A stretch of 64,000 nt of DNA from Squalus acanthias (lineage: Eukaryota): the NCBI GenBank assembly GCA_030390025.1, contig CM059425.1:175710001-175774000 (forward strand), read 5' to 3'. Position 1 is the first letter of the stretch. Every line of letters starts with the position of its first letter. Shown in pieces: positions 1 through 10,593 of this stretch. Made by a program: the position numbers and the translations under genes. The notes under the pieces were generated by a model. The model ran no database searches. It worked only from the letters and a program-made list of their open reading frames with translations, and was not told the DNA's origin.

Positions 1-326
1 TCCCTGCTTTAATCCCCACAGTACACATATCCCACCCTACCCCCGTAACCCCACGTATTTAATTCCCCCTAACATATCCCATCCTATCCCCATAACCCCA
101 CATATTTAATCCCCCCTAACACTAAGGGTCAATTTATCATAGCCAAATCAACCTAACCCACACATTTTTGGACTGTGGGAGGAAACCGGAGCACCCGGAG
201 GAAACCCATGCAGACACGGGGAGAATGTGCAAACTCCACACAGACAGTCACCCGAGGTCAGATTCGAACCCGGGTCTCTGGCGCTGTGAGGCACCAGTGC
301 TAACCACTATGCCACCGTGTTGCCCT
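1..326 (-). mobile_element. tRNA-derived V-SINE (HE1-like)
   Basis: Minus strand reads a tRNA-like head (A box TGGCATAGTGG, B box GGTTCGAATCC) followed by the V-domain-type core GTGTGGAGTTTGCACATTCTCCCCGTGTCTGCATGGGTTTCCTCCGGGTGCTCCGGTTTCCTCCCACAGTCC. Confidence 0.8.
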
Positions 327-510
327 GTAACAATTAAAATAAGAGCGATGAAGAGGCAAGTAGCTCTTGTAATTTACTGCTCACATTAATGACCTTGTCT
401 GAGCAGCAGCAACTCCTACAGGATTCATTATGCTGCTCAGTCACATGTAACACGACTGTGTTGACATAATTCAGATGATAGAAAGTAGTGACGCTTAAGT
501 AAAAGTCCAT

Positions 511-697
511 GGCCTAGAAATTCGTCTCAGGCGGGTGGCGCTAACCGGGCGGTATTGGATCAGCCACCCGTTATACGCAACGCCTGACATTCAGTCTATT
601 GCAGTCAATGGAACGGAATATCAGGCGCTGTGTATAACGGGCGGCCGATCCGATACCGCCTGGTTAGCGCCACTGCCCGTGACGAATTTCTCGGTCC
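511..697. mobile_element. Palindromic MITE, probably Harbinger-derived
   Basis: Ends GGCCTAGAAATTCGTC ... GACGAATTTCTCGGTCC; the interior is also an imperfect fold-back (CCCGTTATAC/GTATAACGGG). Confidence 0.7.
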
Positions 698-1439
698 TCA
701 TTTCTTCCTCTGCTATCTTTTTTAAAGATTACATATTGTGCGTGCTGTGATGACAAACTGCCACGAGAAAAAAAAAGCTTCAAATATTGTGATGCTTTAG
801 TGTAAGAATAATGCAGGTATAAAGAGAGATTGACTATTAACTCACTTAAAATTGCAGTGGCACACAGCTACTGGGCAATTAAGCAGATATATTACCAGCG
901 GAGATTTCAATAGACCAAACTATTGCCAGTGCTCTTAACTAACGGGTTTACCAGTTATTCAATCTGCAGCACACAACAGCCACAATGACACTGCAGGCTG
1001 CATTGAGCTCAGCAACAAAACAGCTCTGCACTTGTCTGCTTGGAAGAACGCACAGAGGTCCGCTCTGCTCCCAAGCTGCTATTTTTTATTGTAATGAGAG
1101 AACAGCTTGTGTCTGTTCTTTCAGGGTATCCTGGTGTTGCTATGTACACCATCATTTCAACAAAATCAGGCAAGATAGGCAAAATCTGTGCTGATAGGGC
1201 TGGGGAGAGAAAAGAAATGAAAGCAAAGATGAGGTGAAAACGACAACACTATTGTGTTCTATATTTCAACCAATTTCTTATTTATTCTACATTTTGCTCG
1301 AATCACCACAGCTTTGAGCTTAATTAGCAATCTTTCATGAGGAACATGATCAAATGTCTGTGAAGGTTTATGTACGCAATGCTATTGGGTTGTCAATTCC
1401 TCAAAGTAATCAAGGAGGTTGGTCAGATAGGATCTTCCC

Positions 1440-1860
1440 GTTCAAAAGTTGTGTTGATGGCTGCTTAATAGATGATGTTATACAGATATTCCTGAAATTC
1501 ACTCCTGATAATCGATTCAATTATTTTACATGGGATTGAAGTTAAACCCTTTTTGAATATGGATACAACATTAACCTGTTTCCAATCTACTGGTACCTCC
1601 CCAGTATCCACTGACTCCCTCATAATGTTTGTCAATGTCCCACAAATCTCTTTGCTAGTCTCTCTCAACACTCTGGCATAACTACCATCTAACCCTATCG
1701 ATTTATTTGTTGTAAGCTCTTTCAGCTTCCCGAGGACTTCCATCTCAAAGTCCTGAATTATGTTTTGGTACTATTTTTTGGGTGAGGGCATGTTGTTCAT
1801 GTCTTCCCTTGTGAATACTTTAAGGAACTAACCATTCCGAATGTTAACTATTTTGTGCTC
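1440..1860 (-). mobile_element. Degenerate CR1 LINE ORF2 fragment
   Basis: ORF 1465-1743 encodes GEVPVDWKQVNVVSIFKKG, the pre-RT motif shared with the other CR1 copies here. Confidence 0.75.
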
Positions 1861-2744
1861 ATTCTCAGTTTTAAGCCCATTTTTAGCTTTTAATGTTTTC
1901 ACCTCTTTGACAGTCCTCTCACTATTATATTTGCCTCTGCAGCTATGCTTTTATGTAGGTCTCTCTTTTTCTGATCAACCTTTTGACATGTTTCAGTATG
2001 GTCCTATATTTGTCCCACTGAACTCCTTTTTGTTTGCCCTGCAGGATTTCTAGGGATCATGGGGTCGAATTTCAACGTTCACCCGTATTGGGCAAACAGT
2101 GGGTGGAGTGAAGCAATCATACCATCTGGCAGATGCCAGTAGTGGGTGGCAATGTTCCCGCTAAGCTGCACGGCCGCCCATGCAAGCCGCTCATTGGCTT
2201 TTAAATGGGAGAAACCGCGCATGCCTGAAAATTTGAAAGGGCCGCGCAGCCATTTAAAGGGTCTGTGCACCCAAAAAAAAATGAGAGTGAACCTTGGTGG
2301 GTGGCCTCAGCTATTTTCAAGTTTTGACCTCATTTGCATTGTATTGGGGAGCTCAATGAATGCTGATGGGCAACTCGCTAATCTCACGGGGTTGGAAATC
2401 CAACGCTTCAGGAGGGCCCCACTGTGCAGCCGGCAGGGAGTCACAGCAGTTTTGTGGGGACAGGAGGAGCATTCCATCTCCACCTAACCCGACAAAAATA
2501 TACAGATATGTTTTTGGTGGCTGTTTTGTTAGTGGCCTCCAGTGATCCCTTTAAGGACCATTGGTTAGGTCGCTGAAGACTGAGTACCAATGGACAGAGT
2601 GATACATTCTTCACCCATCTCCTACAGCCGATGTAGGAACCTGATTTGCTTAGTCAAGTAGGCTCCCATCTGTTTTGGGCAGGAAATTGGCTGTCGATTT
2701 TCAGGTTTGCCTGAAAATTGCACTAGGCAGGCCTTCTTAAAACA

Positions 2745-4757
2745 TTTTTTTTTTATTCGTTTATGGGATGTGGGTGTCGCTGGCAAGGCCAGTATTTATT
2801 GCCCATCCCTAATTGCCCTTGAGAAGGTGGTGGTGAGCCGCCTTCTTGAACCGCTGAAGTCTGTGTGGTGAAGGTACTCCCACAGTGCTGTTAGGTAGGG
2901 AGTTCCAGGATTTTGACCCAGCGACGATGAAGGAACAGCGATATACTTCTTAGTCAGGATGGTGTGTGACTTGGAGGGGAACTTGGAGGTGGTGGAGTTC
3001 CCATGTGCCTGCTGCCCTTGTCCTTCTAGGTGGAAGAGGTCGCGGGTTTGGGAAGTGCTGCCGAAGAAGCCTTGGCGAGTTGCTGCAGTACATCTTGTAG
3101 ATGGTACACACTGCAGCCACAGTACACTGGCGGTGGAGGGAGTGAATGTTTAAGGTGGTGGATGGGGTGCCAATCAAGCAGGGCTACTTTGTCCTGGATG
3201 GTGTCGAGCTTCTTGAGTGTTGTTGGAGCTGCACTGTCCCAGGCAAGTGGAAAGTATTCCATCACACACCTTACTTGTGCCTTGTTGATGGTGGAAAGGC
3301 TTTGGGAGTCAGGAGATGAGACACTCGCCACAGAATACCTAGCCCCTGACCTGCTCTTGTTGTCACAGTATTTATGTGGCTGGTCAAGTTAAGTTTCTGG
3401 TCAATGGTGACCCCCAGGTTGTTGATGGTGGGGAATTCGGCAATGGTAATGCCGTTGAATGTCAAGGGGAGGTGGTTAGACACTCGCTTGTTGGAGATAT
3501 TCATTGCCTGGCACTTCTGTGGCGCGAAAATTACCTGCCACTTATCAGCCCAAGCCTGAACGTCATCCAGGTCTTGTTGCATGCGGTCATGGACTGCTTC
3601 ATTATCTGAGGAGTTGTGAATGGCACTGAACACTCTGAAGTCATCAGCGAACATCCCCATTTCCGACCTTATGTTGGAGGGAAGGTCATTGATGAAGCAG
3701 CTGAAGATGGTTGGGTCTAGGACACTGCCCTAAGGAACTCCTGCAGCGATGTCCTGGGGCTGTGATGATTGACCTTCAACCACCATAACCAGCTTCCTTT
3801 GTGCTAGGTATGACTCCAGCCAGTTGAGAGTTTTCCCCTTGATTGCCATTGACTTCAGTTTTACTAGGGCTCCTTGATGCCACACTCGGTCAAATGCTGC
3901 CTTGATGTCAAGGGCAGTCACTCTCACCTCACCTCTGGAATTCAGCTCCTTTGTCCATGTTTGGACCAAGGCTGTAATGAGGTCGGGAGCCGAGTGGTCT
4001 TGGCAGAACTCAAACTGGGCATCAGTGAGCAGGTTATTGGTGAGTAAGTGCCGCTTGATGGCACTGTCGATGACACCTTCCATCACTTTGCTGATGATTG
4101 AGAGTAGACTGCATGGGGCAGTAATTTGCTGGGTTAGATTTGTCCTGCTTTTTGTGGACAGGACATACCTGGGCAGTTTTCCACATTGTCAGATAGATGC
4201 CAGTGTTGTAGCTGTACTGGAACAGCTTGGCTAGAGGTGTGGCTATTTCTGGAACATAAGTCTTCAGCACGATCGCCGGGATGTTGTCGGGGCCCATAGC
4301 CTTTGCTGTATCCAGTGCGCTCAGCCGTTTCTTGATATCACGTGGAGTGAATCAAATTAGCTGAAGACTGGCTTCTGTGATGGTGGGGACCTCAGGAGGA
4401 GGCCGATATGGATCATCCACTCGGCACTTCTGGCTGAAGATGGTTGCAAACGCTTCAGCCTTGTCTCTTGCACTCACGTGCTGAGCTCCACCATCATTGA
4501 GGATGGGGATATTCATGGAGCCTCCTCCCGTTAGTTGTTTAATGGTCTACCACCATTCACGACTGGAAGTGGCAGGACTGCAGAGCTTTGATCTGATCCG
4601 TTGATTGTGGGATCGCTTAGCCCTGTCTATAGCATGCTGCTTCCGCTTTTTAGCATGCATGTAGTCCTGTGTTGCAGCTTCCCGAGGTTGGCACCTCATT
4701 TTAGGTAGGCCTGGTGCTGCTCCTGGCATGCTCTTCTACACTCATTATTGAACCAGG
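2745..4757 (-). mobile_element. L2/CR1-group LINE, 3' part (RT and tail) of copy A, interrupted at 4757
   Basis: RT motifs ALDIKAAFDRVW, AGVP(Q)GSVL and MFADD; the 3' end with poly(A) matches the copy at 12363-15127; multiple stops and frameshifts. Confidence 0.9.
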
Positions 4758-5793
4758 CGGCTGGGAACATGGGAAGGCAGCATCAGGGCAATCGCCTGTT
4801 GCTGGAACCCCGCAAAACGCGGGAGTGGGAAGTAGGAGACCAGGTCATGGTCAGAAACTACGCCAGAGTAGGGAGTCTGGAACCACTGTATATGGGACCC
4901 TACAACATTGTAGATAAGGCGAGTCCCATGGTATAAGCCGTAAAGGTACCTTGGCGCACTAAGTGGTTCCACGTAAACAAGTGCAAACTGTACAAGCCAG
5001 GTGCACAAGGGCCAACCACAGGGGCAAAACCTGCGAGTGGGGACTCGCAGCCCCAGGTAGGACCACAGGGCACACAGGCAGGCAAAGCAGCTTGCATCAG
5101 GGAAGGGGACATCCTGGAAAAGTGTGAGACATTTTTGTGGCGTTGGGAGTCAGATGAGGGAGAGTTCGAGGAGCTCGACGAAGATGAGGATAGTGAAGGT
5201 AGTGACGAGGAAGAGCTGGAATCGGAGGACGAAAGGGTCGCCCCCGATTCAGGTATAGGGGGGACAGGGGCTGCAGATAGAGATCCACACAGGGTGGAAA
5301 CCGAAGCTGCAGGTCCCGAACGCAGGGGGGAGGAGCCAGGGGAGGCGGAGCCAGCCGCTGTGATGGGACCACAGGGCGTGGCGATGGAAGCCTCAGAGCC
5401 CGAGCCGCCCGCCTTGAACGTGAAGGGCCGCCTGCTGGGCCGAGTAGGGCGGTGCCACAAGCTGCAGGTCCCGAGTTCAGGGAGGCGGAGCCAGGGGAGG
5501 CGGAGCCAGCGACTGTGGCGGGACCACAGGGCGCCACGGTGGAAGTCTCGGAACCCGGTCCGTCGGTCCTGGGATTCCTGCCCCCGGTAACTCTCCGTAG
5601 GTCAGCTCGGATACCCCAGCCCAGGAAGATATGGTCAAGTCCCCAGACTGTCCCCAGGCGTAGGCTCAAGGTTAAGGCAGCCCAGGAAGAGCCCAGTCCC
5701 AGCGCAGCAGCAACAGGCTGCGGCAGATCAAAGGGAGGGGTCAATGCCCTCCCACCGTCGGGAAGAGCTCGTGGCAGCCTTTTCAGAATTTAA
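4758..5793 (+). pseudogene. pol: Integrase C-terminal (GPY/F, SH3-like) domain with long acidic/Pro-rich extension; one stop (4934-4936) and one probable frameshift (~5450)
   Basis: WEVGDQVMVRNY..LEPLYMGPYNIV..V*AVKVPWRTKWFHVNKCKLY continues in frame into the acidic ORF at 5135. After a frameshift it ends in LRRSARIPQP, a typical LTR-retroelement integrase tail. Confidence 0.85.
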
Positions 5794-6063
5794 AGGGGCC
5801 ACCCTGGGAACTGGCGGCGATGTACAGTAGTAAGTTTAGGATAAGTTTCTAAGTTTATAGTGTTAGATAAGGTTATGAGGTTATAGTTTTAAAATCGGTT
5901 TAAGTCGGTAGTTTAATTTTGTTTAACAGAAAGAAGTAAAATGATGGGAGTTTTAGAGATAGGTTTAGTTAAAGTTTATCCAGCGAACATAGTAAGCTTA
6001 CGTGAGGCGAGGTCAGGGGACCCGCTCACCCTTCACAAAAGCCAGAGACTCTTGCGAGGCTGG

Positions 6064-6087
6064 CTACCTCATTCTATCTGATCACAG
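6064..6087 (+). promoter_or_regulatory. Candidate env splice acceptor
   Basis: Pyrimidine-rich CTACCTCATTCTATCTGATCACAG ending 13 nt before the env ATG at 6101. Confidence 0.5.
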
Positions 6088-6100
6088 GAACCAAGGAAGG

Positions 6101-8452
6101 ATGGAACGAACTCTAGTATTGCTCGCGGCAATCGGATGCGGATTGGCCTATCGAGGCCGCACCAAGGATGTCGTGGTGTTTGGATGCTCCGGGGACACGG
6201 CCCCCATCGCGGTGGATGGGACCGGAAGACGGGAGGCTGAGGAGACCACCACCTATTTCCACAAGGGAAGGTGGCCAGGATGGCTGGGAACGAACTCAAC
6301 GGAGTATTCCAGCACATTAGGTTTTGCCTACCAAGAGACTTCTTTACTGTGCCCCAAAGTAAGGATCATCGCACCCAGGATCAGCGTCACCGTCGGCAAG
6401 CGGATTTGTTTGACTTGCAGTGGGAATGTCCCATTGAGCCGATGGTGGTGGCTGCGAAAGCTGAGCAAAAACATGAGGAACTCTTCGGTCGAGTGGGAAC
6501 GACTGGGTAATAATACCCATCGGACAATTACGGGGACAAACGGACAAGTGAGAGTCTGTTGGGACAAATGGTGGGAACCGGATGAGGGAATTTATGTATG
6601 CATGTGGGGGTCAAAGTACGTTTGCCCCAAAGGCATCTCCATATTTTTCATTAATCAATGGCAGGATAACGGACAGGGGATGAGGTGGGATGCGAGCACC
6701 AGGGGGTGCGGAGCCCCGTTCTCCCCGATCCCAGTAAATGCCACTGAACTCATTACGCGCCCACGCAAAGCCCCGCCCACGATTCCGGTGGTTCTAGCTA
6801 AGGAAGAAGGGTGCCCTAAAACTAGTAAGGGACCCGGGAATGGTTTGGTACTGGTCCCCACAGACCAGATACTCTTTCAGGGGGTACATTACGCGGTGGC
6901 CTCGGTGATTTTAAATCTCACCGAGGTGCGGTTACCAGAGTGGTGCCCCAAAAAGACGGAACAGTTATATCAGGTCCTGTTGACCAAGATGTTCAGACAA
7001 TTCTATGAGTTCGATTTCGCGGAAATTGATAAAACAAGTTTGTACACCGCACCACATGAAGTCTTTGATCAGGTGGGGAGGCAAAGAAGGGGTGTTGTGA
7101 ACGACGCGTTCACTGCTTTCAACACAGGTACATCTGTGGTCAACGCTCTAGACAGCGTGGAGCTGCAGACCCAGATTAATGGCTTAAAAACGCAATTAAA
7201 AGACATTCTCACAGATGAAAATAAGGTGGTTGGGTCGGGTTTACACGAGGACCAAGCCATGACTCTCCATTTAAAAGAAATAATAGCTGAACTAGAGAAA
7301 CACGCGAGAACGGTAAATGCCCTGATTAGGGAAGATCGTAATGCATCCGATCAAGCTGCGCAGAACGAGGTGTGCGTGCTTTACGGGGCGTGGTTACTGG
7401 GCGAGGGCCGCAGTAATTTGGAGGATTTAAAACAAGGTTTGGTCCCGTCCTGGATAAGTAACAAACACCTGCGGGCGCTCCACCCTTTTCAGAATGCATT
7501 AAGCCCGTGCCAGCTCAGGCTAGCTTCAGAAGCATACCCAGTCTCCGTGGACTGCGGACGATCAAACCATACTATCATGGGTATAGTATTACGTATGCCG
7601 GTTTTGGGCGACACAGCAAAGCCCGCCCCGGTGTATCGGGTAGAGAACATTGGTGTCATTCAGGGGGGAGCCCACATTCGCTATGCAGCGGTTCCACCCT
7701 ACGTCATCCGCTGGGAGCAAACGATGACAGGTACAGATCTCTCTGGTTGTCGTGGCAGGGGAGCACACATAATACTGTGTCCCCAGCACTTGAATGCCTT
7801 TTTAACACCACAGTGCGGGTTCAGAACGGCTGGCGCCAAGTCCATGAATTGCACCATGGAGGCAATGGCACAAGATCATGTGCCTCCGCAGGTAGCATAC
7901 ATCGGGGGTGGAACATATTGTGTTACCACTGCAGCGCAACACTACCAACATGGAAACCGTAGCCGGTGTCCGGTGAGTGACAGCAGTTTCTGTTTCAAAC
8001 CCAGGGCGGAAGTTCAAGTAGCACAACAGCGAATTGTCCCAATCCCTGAACCATCCACGGTTCATCTCACCGTAAAAGAGAACTTCACCAACCTGCAGTG
8101 ATTCGTCGCGCATTTCGGATACCTCATTCCCCCTCTCCCTGAACACCTCACCAAGCTTTTAAAAGCCGTCGCGGTGTCGCAAAAACATTTTTACACACTA
8201 GAGCAGAAAACTGTCGAAATAGGGACAGAAATTCTGGACATAGTAATTCCACCGTGGTGGAATCTGTTCACCAACATTGAAGTGCCTTCCTGGATTAGGA
8301 TAGCCTCCCACATTTTAGTTGTATGCCAAGTGTTTATTGTGGTATATTTATTGGTCGTGCATTGTAAGAGAGGCAAATGCCTCACCAAGAACGAAAACAC
8401 GGGAGAGTGGCGAGAACGTTACGTGCGCGTGCACGATGAAAGCACCGTGTAA
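6101..8452 (+). CDS. env: Envelope glycoprotein (class I, F-type) with N-terminal Ig-like domain; 783 codons with a single in-frame TGA at 8099-8101
   Basis: Signal peptide MERTLVLLAAIGCGLA; Ig motifs; furin site RQRR (7079-7090); fusion peptide GVVNDAFTAFNTGTSVVNA; heptad repeat; Cys-rich region. In the same frame after the stop come HR2, a W-rich MPER-like segment, TM (IASHILVVCQVFIVVYLLVV) and a tail with YVRV. Confidence 0.88.
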
Positions 8453-8888
8453 TCGGAAAATGGCATCACTCCCGTTTGCCACGTGCGCCTCGGAAGTGTT
8501 GTAATCGATCGTGATTTTTCAGAAACTGTAATTACGTTTGGAACTCGACATGTTTAAGAGTTGGTTTTGATTATTTTGGTGATGGTGTTGTTGTTGAATA
8601 TGATTGTTTGGTTTTGTTTGTTTTTCTTTTCCCTCAATAAAAAATGTGAATATAGAGGTGATACGAGAGGCATCGGCCTGGTTACGCCTGGAAGGAAAAC
8701 AAGTGGTGTAAGTTTAAAGGCAAATAATGCCTGCGGTGTTATAAGAATGTAATTTTCCTGGGAAATAAGGACGACGCAAAGACCCTAGATAGTTTAAGTT
8801 ATGGGGATTGTTTTTCTGGATCTGGAGAAATCGAGATAATATTGCTCACCACAATATTTTTGATACGATAAGCGGAGTTATTCGCATC

Positions 8889-8900
8889 AACAGGAGGGAC
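8889..8900 (+). promoter_or_regulatory. Polypurine tract
   Basis: AACAGGAGGGAC immediately before the TGTAG LTR start. Confidence 0.75.
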
Positions 8901-10570
8901 TGTAGAATTCGCAATATAATCGCGATTTTATAAATAAGGAGAAAACACATAGTTTCGTTCAAACAGCTTTATTTCAACAGAATGCTGTCAGGTTTGCAAA
9001 GTGGACACAAGCAGCCTGTAAAATGGCCGCCACGCCTCGTGGCAGAACATTCTAGACTTTTCGATAAGCAGACAAGATGGCGTTCCAATAAACATTTGTG
9101 CGAGATCGATCAAGACTCAGCACATTTGAGATAATACACAAGACATTATGGGTTTGCAGTATACACATAAATACTGAAATCGGTCTCCCAGGTGCGAATA
9201 AGGGCTATTGTACCAAGCGATCAAGAACCCATCCAAAGACATTAATATGCAAAATCCCCACGACTCTACGATGAGAGAGCCGTTTGCGGGTAGTTACAAA
9301 AACATTTGGAAGCCCCAAAACCCCTCCAGGGAGAATACCGACCGGTTACACATTGGGAAAAGTATTAACAGGTACTCAGACAGTTACGAGTATCCCCGAA
9401 ACCCATTAAAACGGAGATCACCCTATACAAGAAATTTGAGCGCCAAAACCCTAACAAAAGAAAAGACATTAAGGTTGGGCGGGAAAAAGAAGAGTTTTCA
9501 CACTATAACTGTAAGCTCCAACCGTCCATCTTTCTCTTATCGCTCTTGTTCGCTCGCCGTCTTGTTCCTGCCTCTTGACTCTTATCCTTTCGACTCCTTG
9601 CCGCTTGCCTCGTGTCTCTGCCTCTTGCAGCTTTTAAAGACTGTTGAACTTTATACGATCCGCCAGGATCAGCCTCGTGGCTTGCCGCGAAGATCTGTGT
9701 GGAACTGGGCTGTGAAGCCTTGAAACGGGCACACCATCCCGAGAAGTCGGTAAACGGTGTTGGAACCAAAGGCCCGAGATGAGATGAGATGAGATGAGAA
9801 GAGAAGAAGACGACAATACATATCGTCACGGTCAGTAAGCCCCGACCGCACTCGATAAATCGGTAACTGCTACCCAACTGGCATCGGAAGACTATTCTTC
9901 GAATTTTATCGCATCAGTGCGAGGGCACAGGAAGACTCTTTTTTGAGTAGTATCGGAACTCCGAGGACAACACAGATCTTCATGACAGCAGACGGTCCAG
10001 CCTGCTAGCCGGAGCAGAAACGAGTAAGCAAGTGGGGTACAGAGACCCCTGATCAACACGTGGGCGGTCAGGTGCTGCGGTAAAAACATCCGAGCAGAGT
10101 TTTCGGAATTCTCCGAGTTATCACGAGTGGTGAGCATGAGTCTCGATCCTACAAATCTAGTTTAGAGCAGGTATTGATAGGGGAGGGTTTAAGTTTTAAG
10201 GATAACTGTAATGTGTGCTCCCATTTACGAGGTGTCGTTCGTTCCTCGTTTCCCTAAAATTAGTTACATAACTGCGTGTAAGATTGTACTGTCATTAATC
10301 TGTGCTTATGACATGTATTTCGTAATCTTGAATAATATGCAATAAAGATTTTTTCCATTTCGTACCATTCAACCGGGTCTACCTGAGTTTTCTCTCCATT
10401 ATTGCTCTCGCACCTAAGTCCAGTGTCAGAACCGTAAGGGCGAGTGGGTCGAACCACTCACAGGTGTCTAGTGCTCCCAGACTGGCTGGAGACCAGAACA
10501 GGCAACAAGGCCTAACCTCGCACTAGCACCCAGGCTGAGCACAGAGCCACACGGGTCAAAAACCCTTACA
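8901..10570 (+). repeat. LTR (1670 bp)
   Basis: Starts TGTA after the PPT and ends TACA before the PBS; AATAAA at 10341-10346. Only one copy is present, so the bounds rest on PPT, PBS and termini. Confidence 0.8.
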
Positions 10571-10575
10571 GAAAA

Positions 10576-10593
10576 TGGCGACCGCAGCAGGAC
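10576..10593 (+). promoter_or_regulatory. Primer binding site, tRNA-Arg(UCG)-type
   Basis: TGGCGACCGCAGCAGGAC matches 17/18 to the complement of the vertebrate tRNA-Arg(UCG) 3' end as I recall it (TGGCGACCGCGGCAGGAC). The mismatch is a CpG-type change. Confidence 0.8.

Larger units (their letters stand above)
4758..10593 (+). mobile_element. 5'-truncated env-bearing LTR retroelement / endogenous retrovirus-like fragment (IN C-terminus - env - PPT - LTR - PBS)
   Basis: Contains integrase GPY/F motifs, a class I fusion env, a PPT, a TG..CA LTR and an 18-nt PBS. The flanks rejoin as contiguous LINE sequence (AACCAGG | CCTGGCTTG). Confidence 0.9.

Noticed and set aside
4900..5744. Antisense ORFs (186 and 215 aa) over the integrase tail
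   Set aside because: GC-rich low-complexity shadows of the sense frame with no recognisable motif.
6002..6100. GTG start giving a 699-aa env
   Set aside because: ATG 6101 begins a signal peptide just after a candidate splice acceptor, so the upstream extension is probably not translated.
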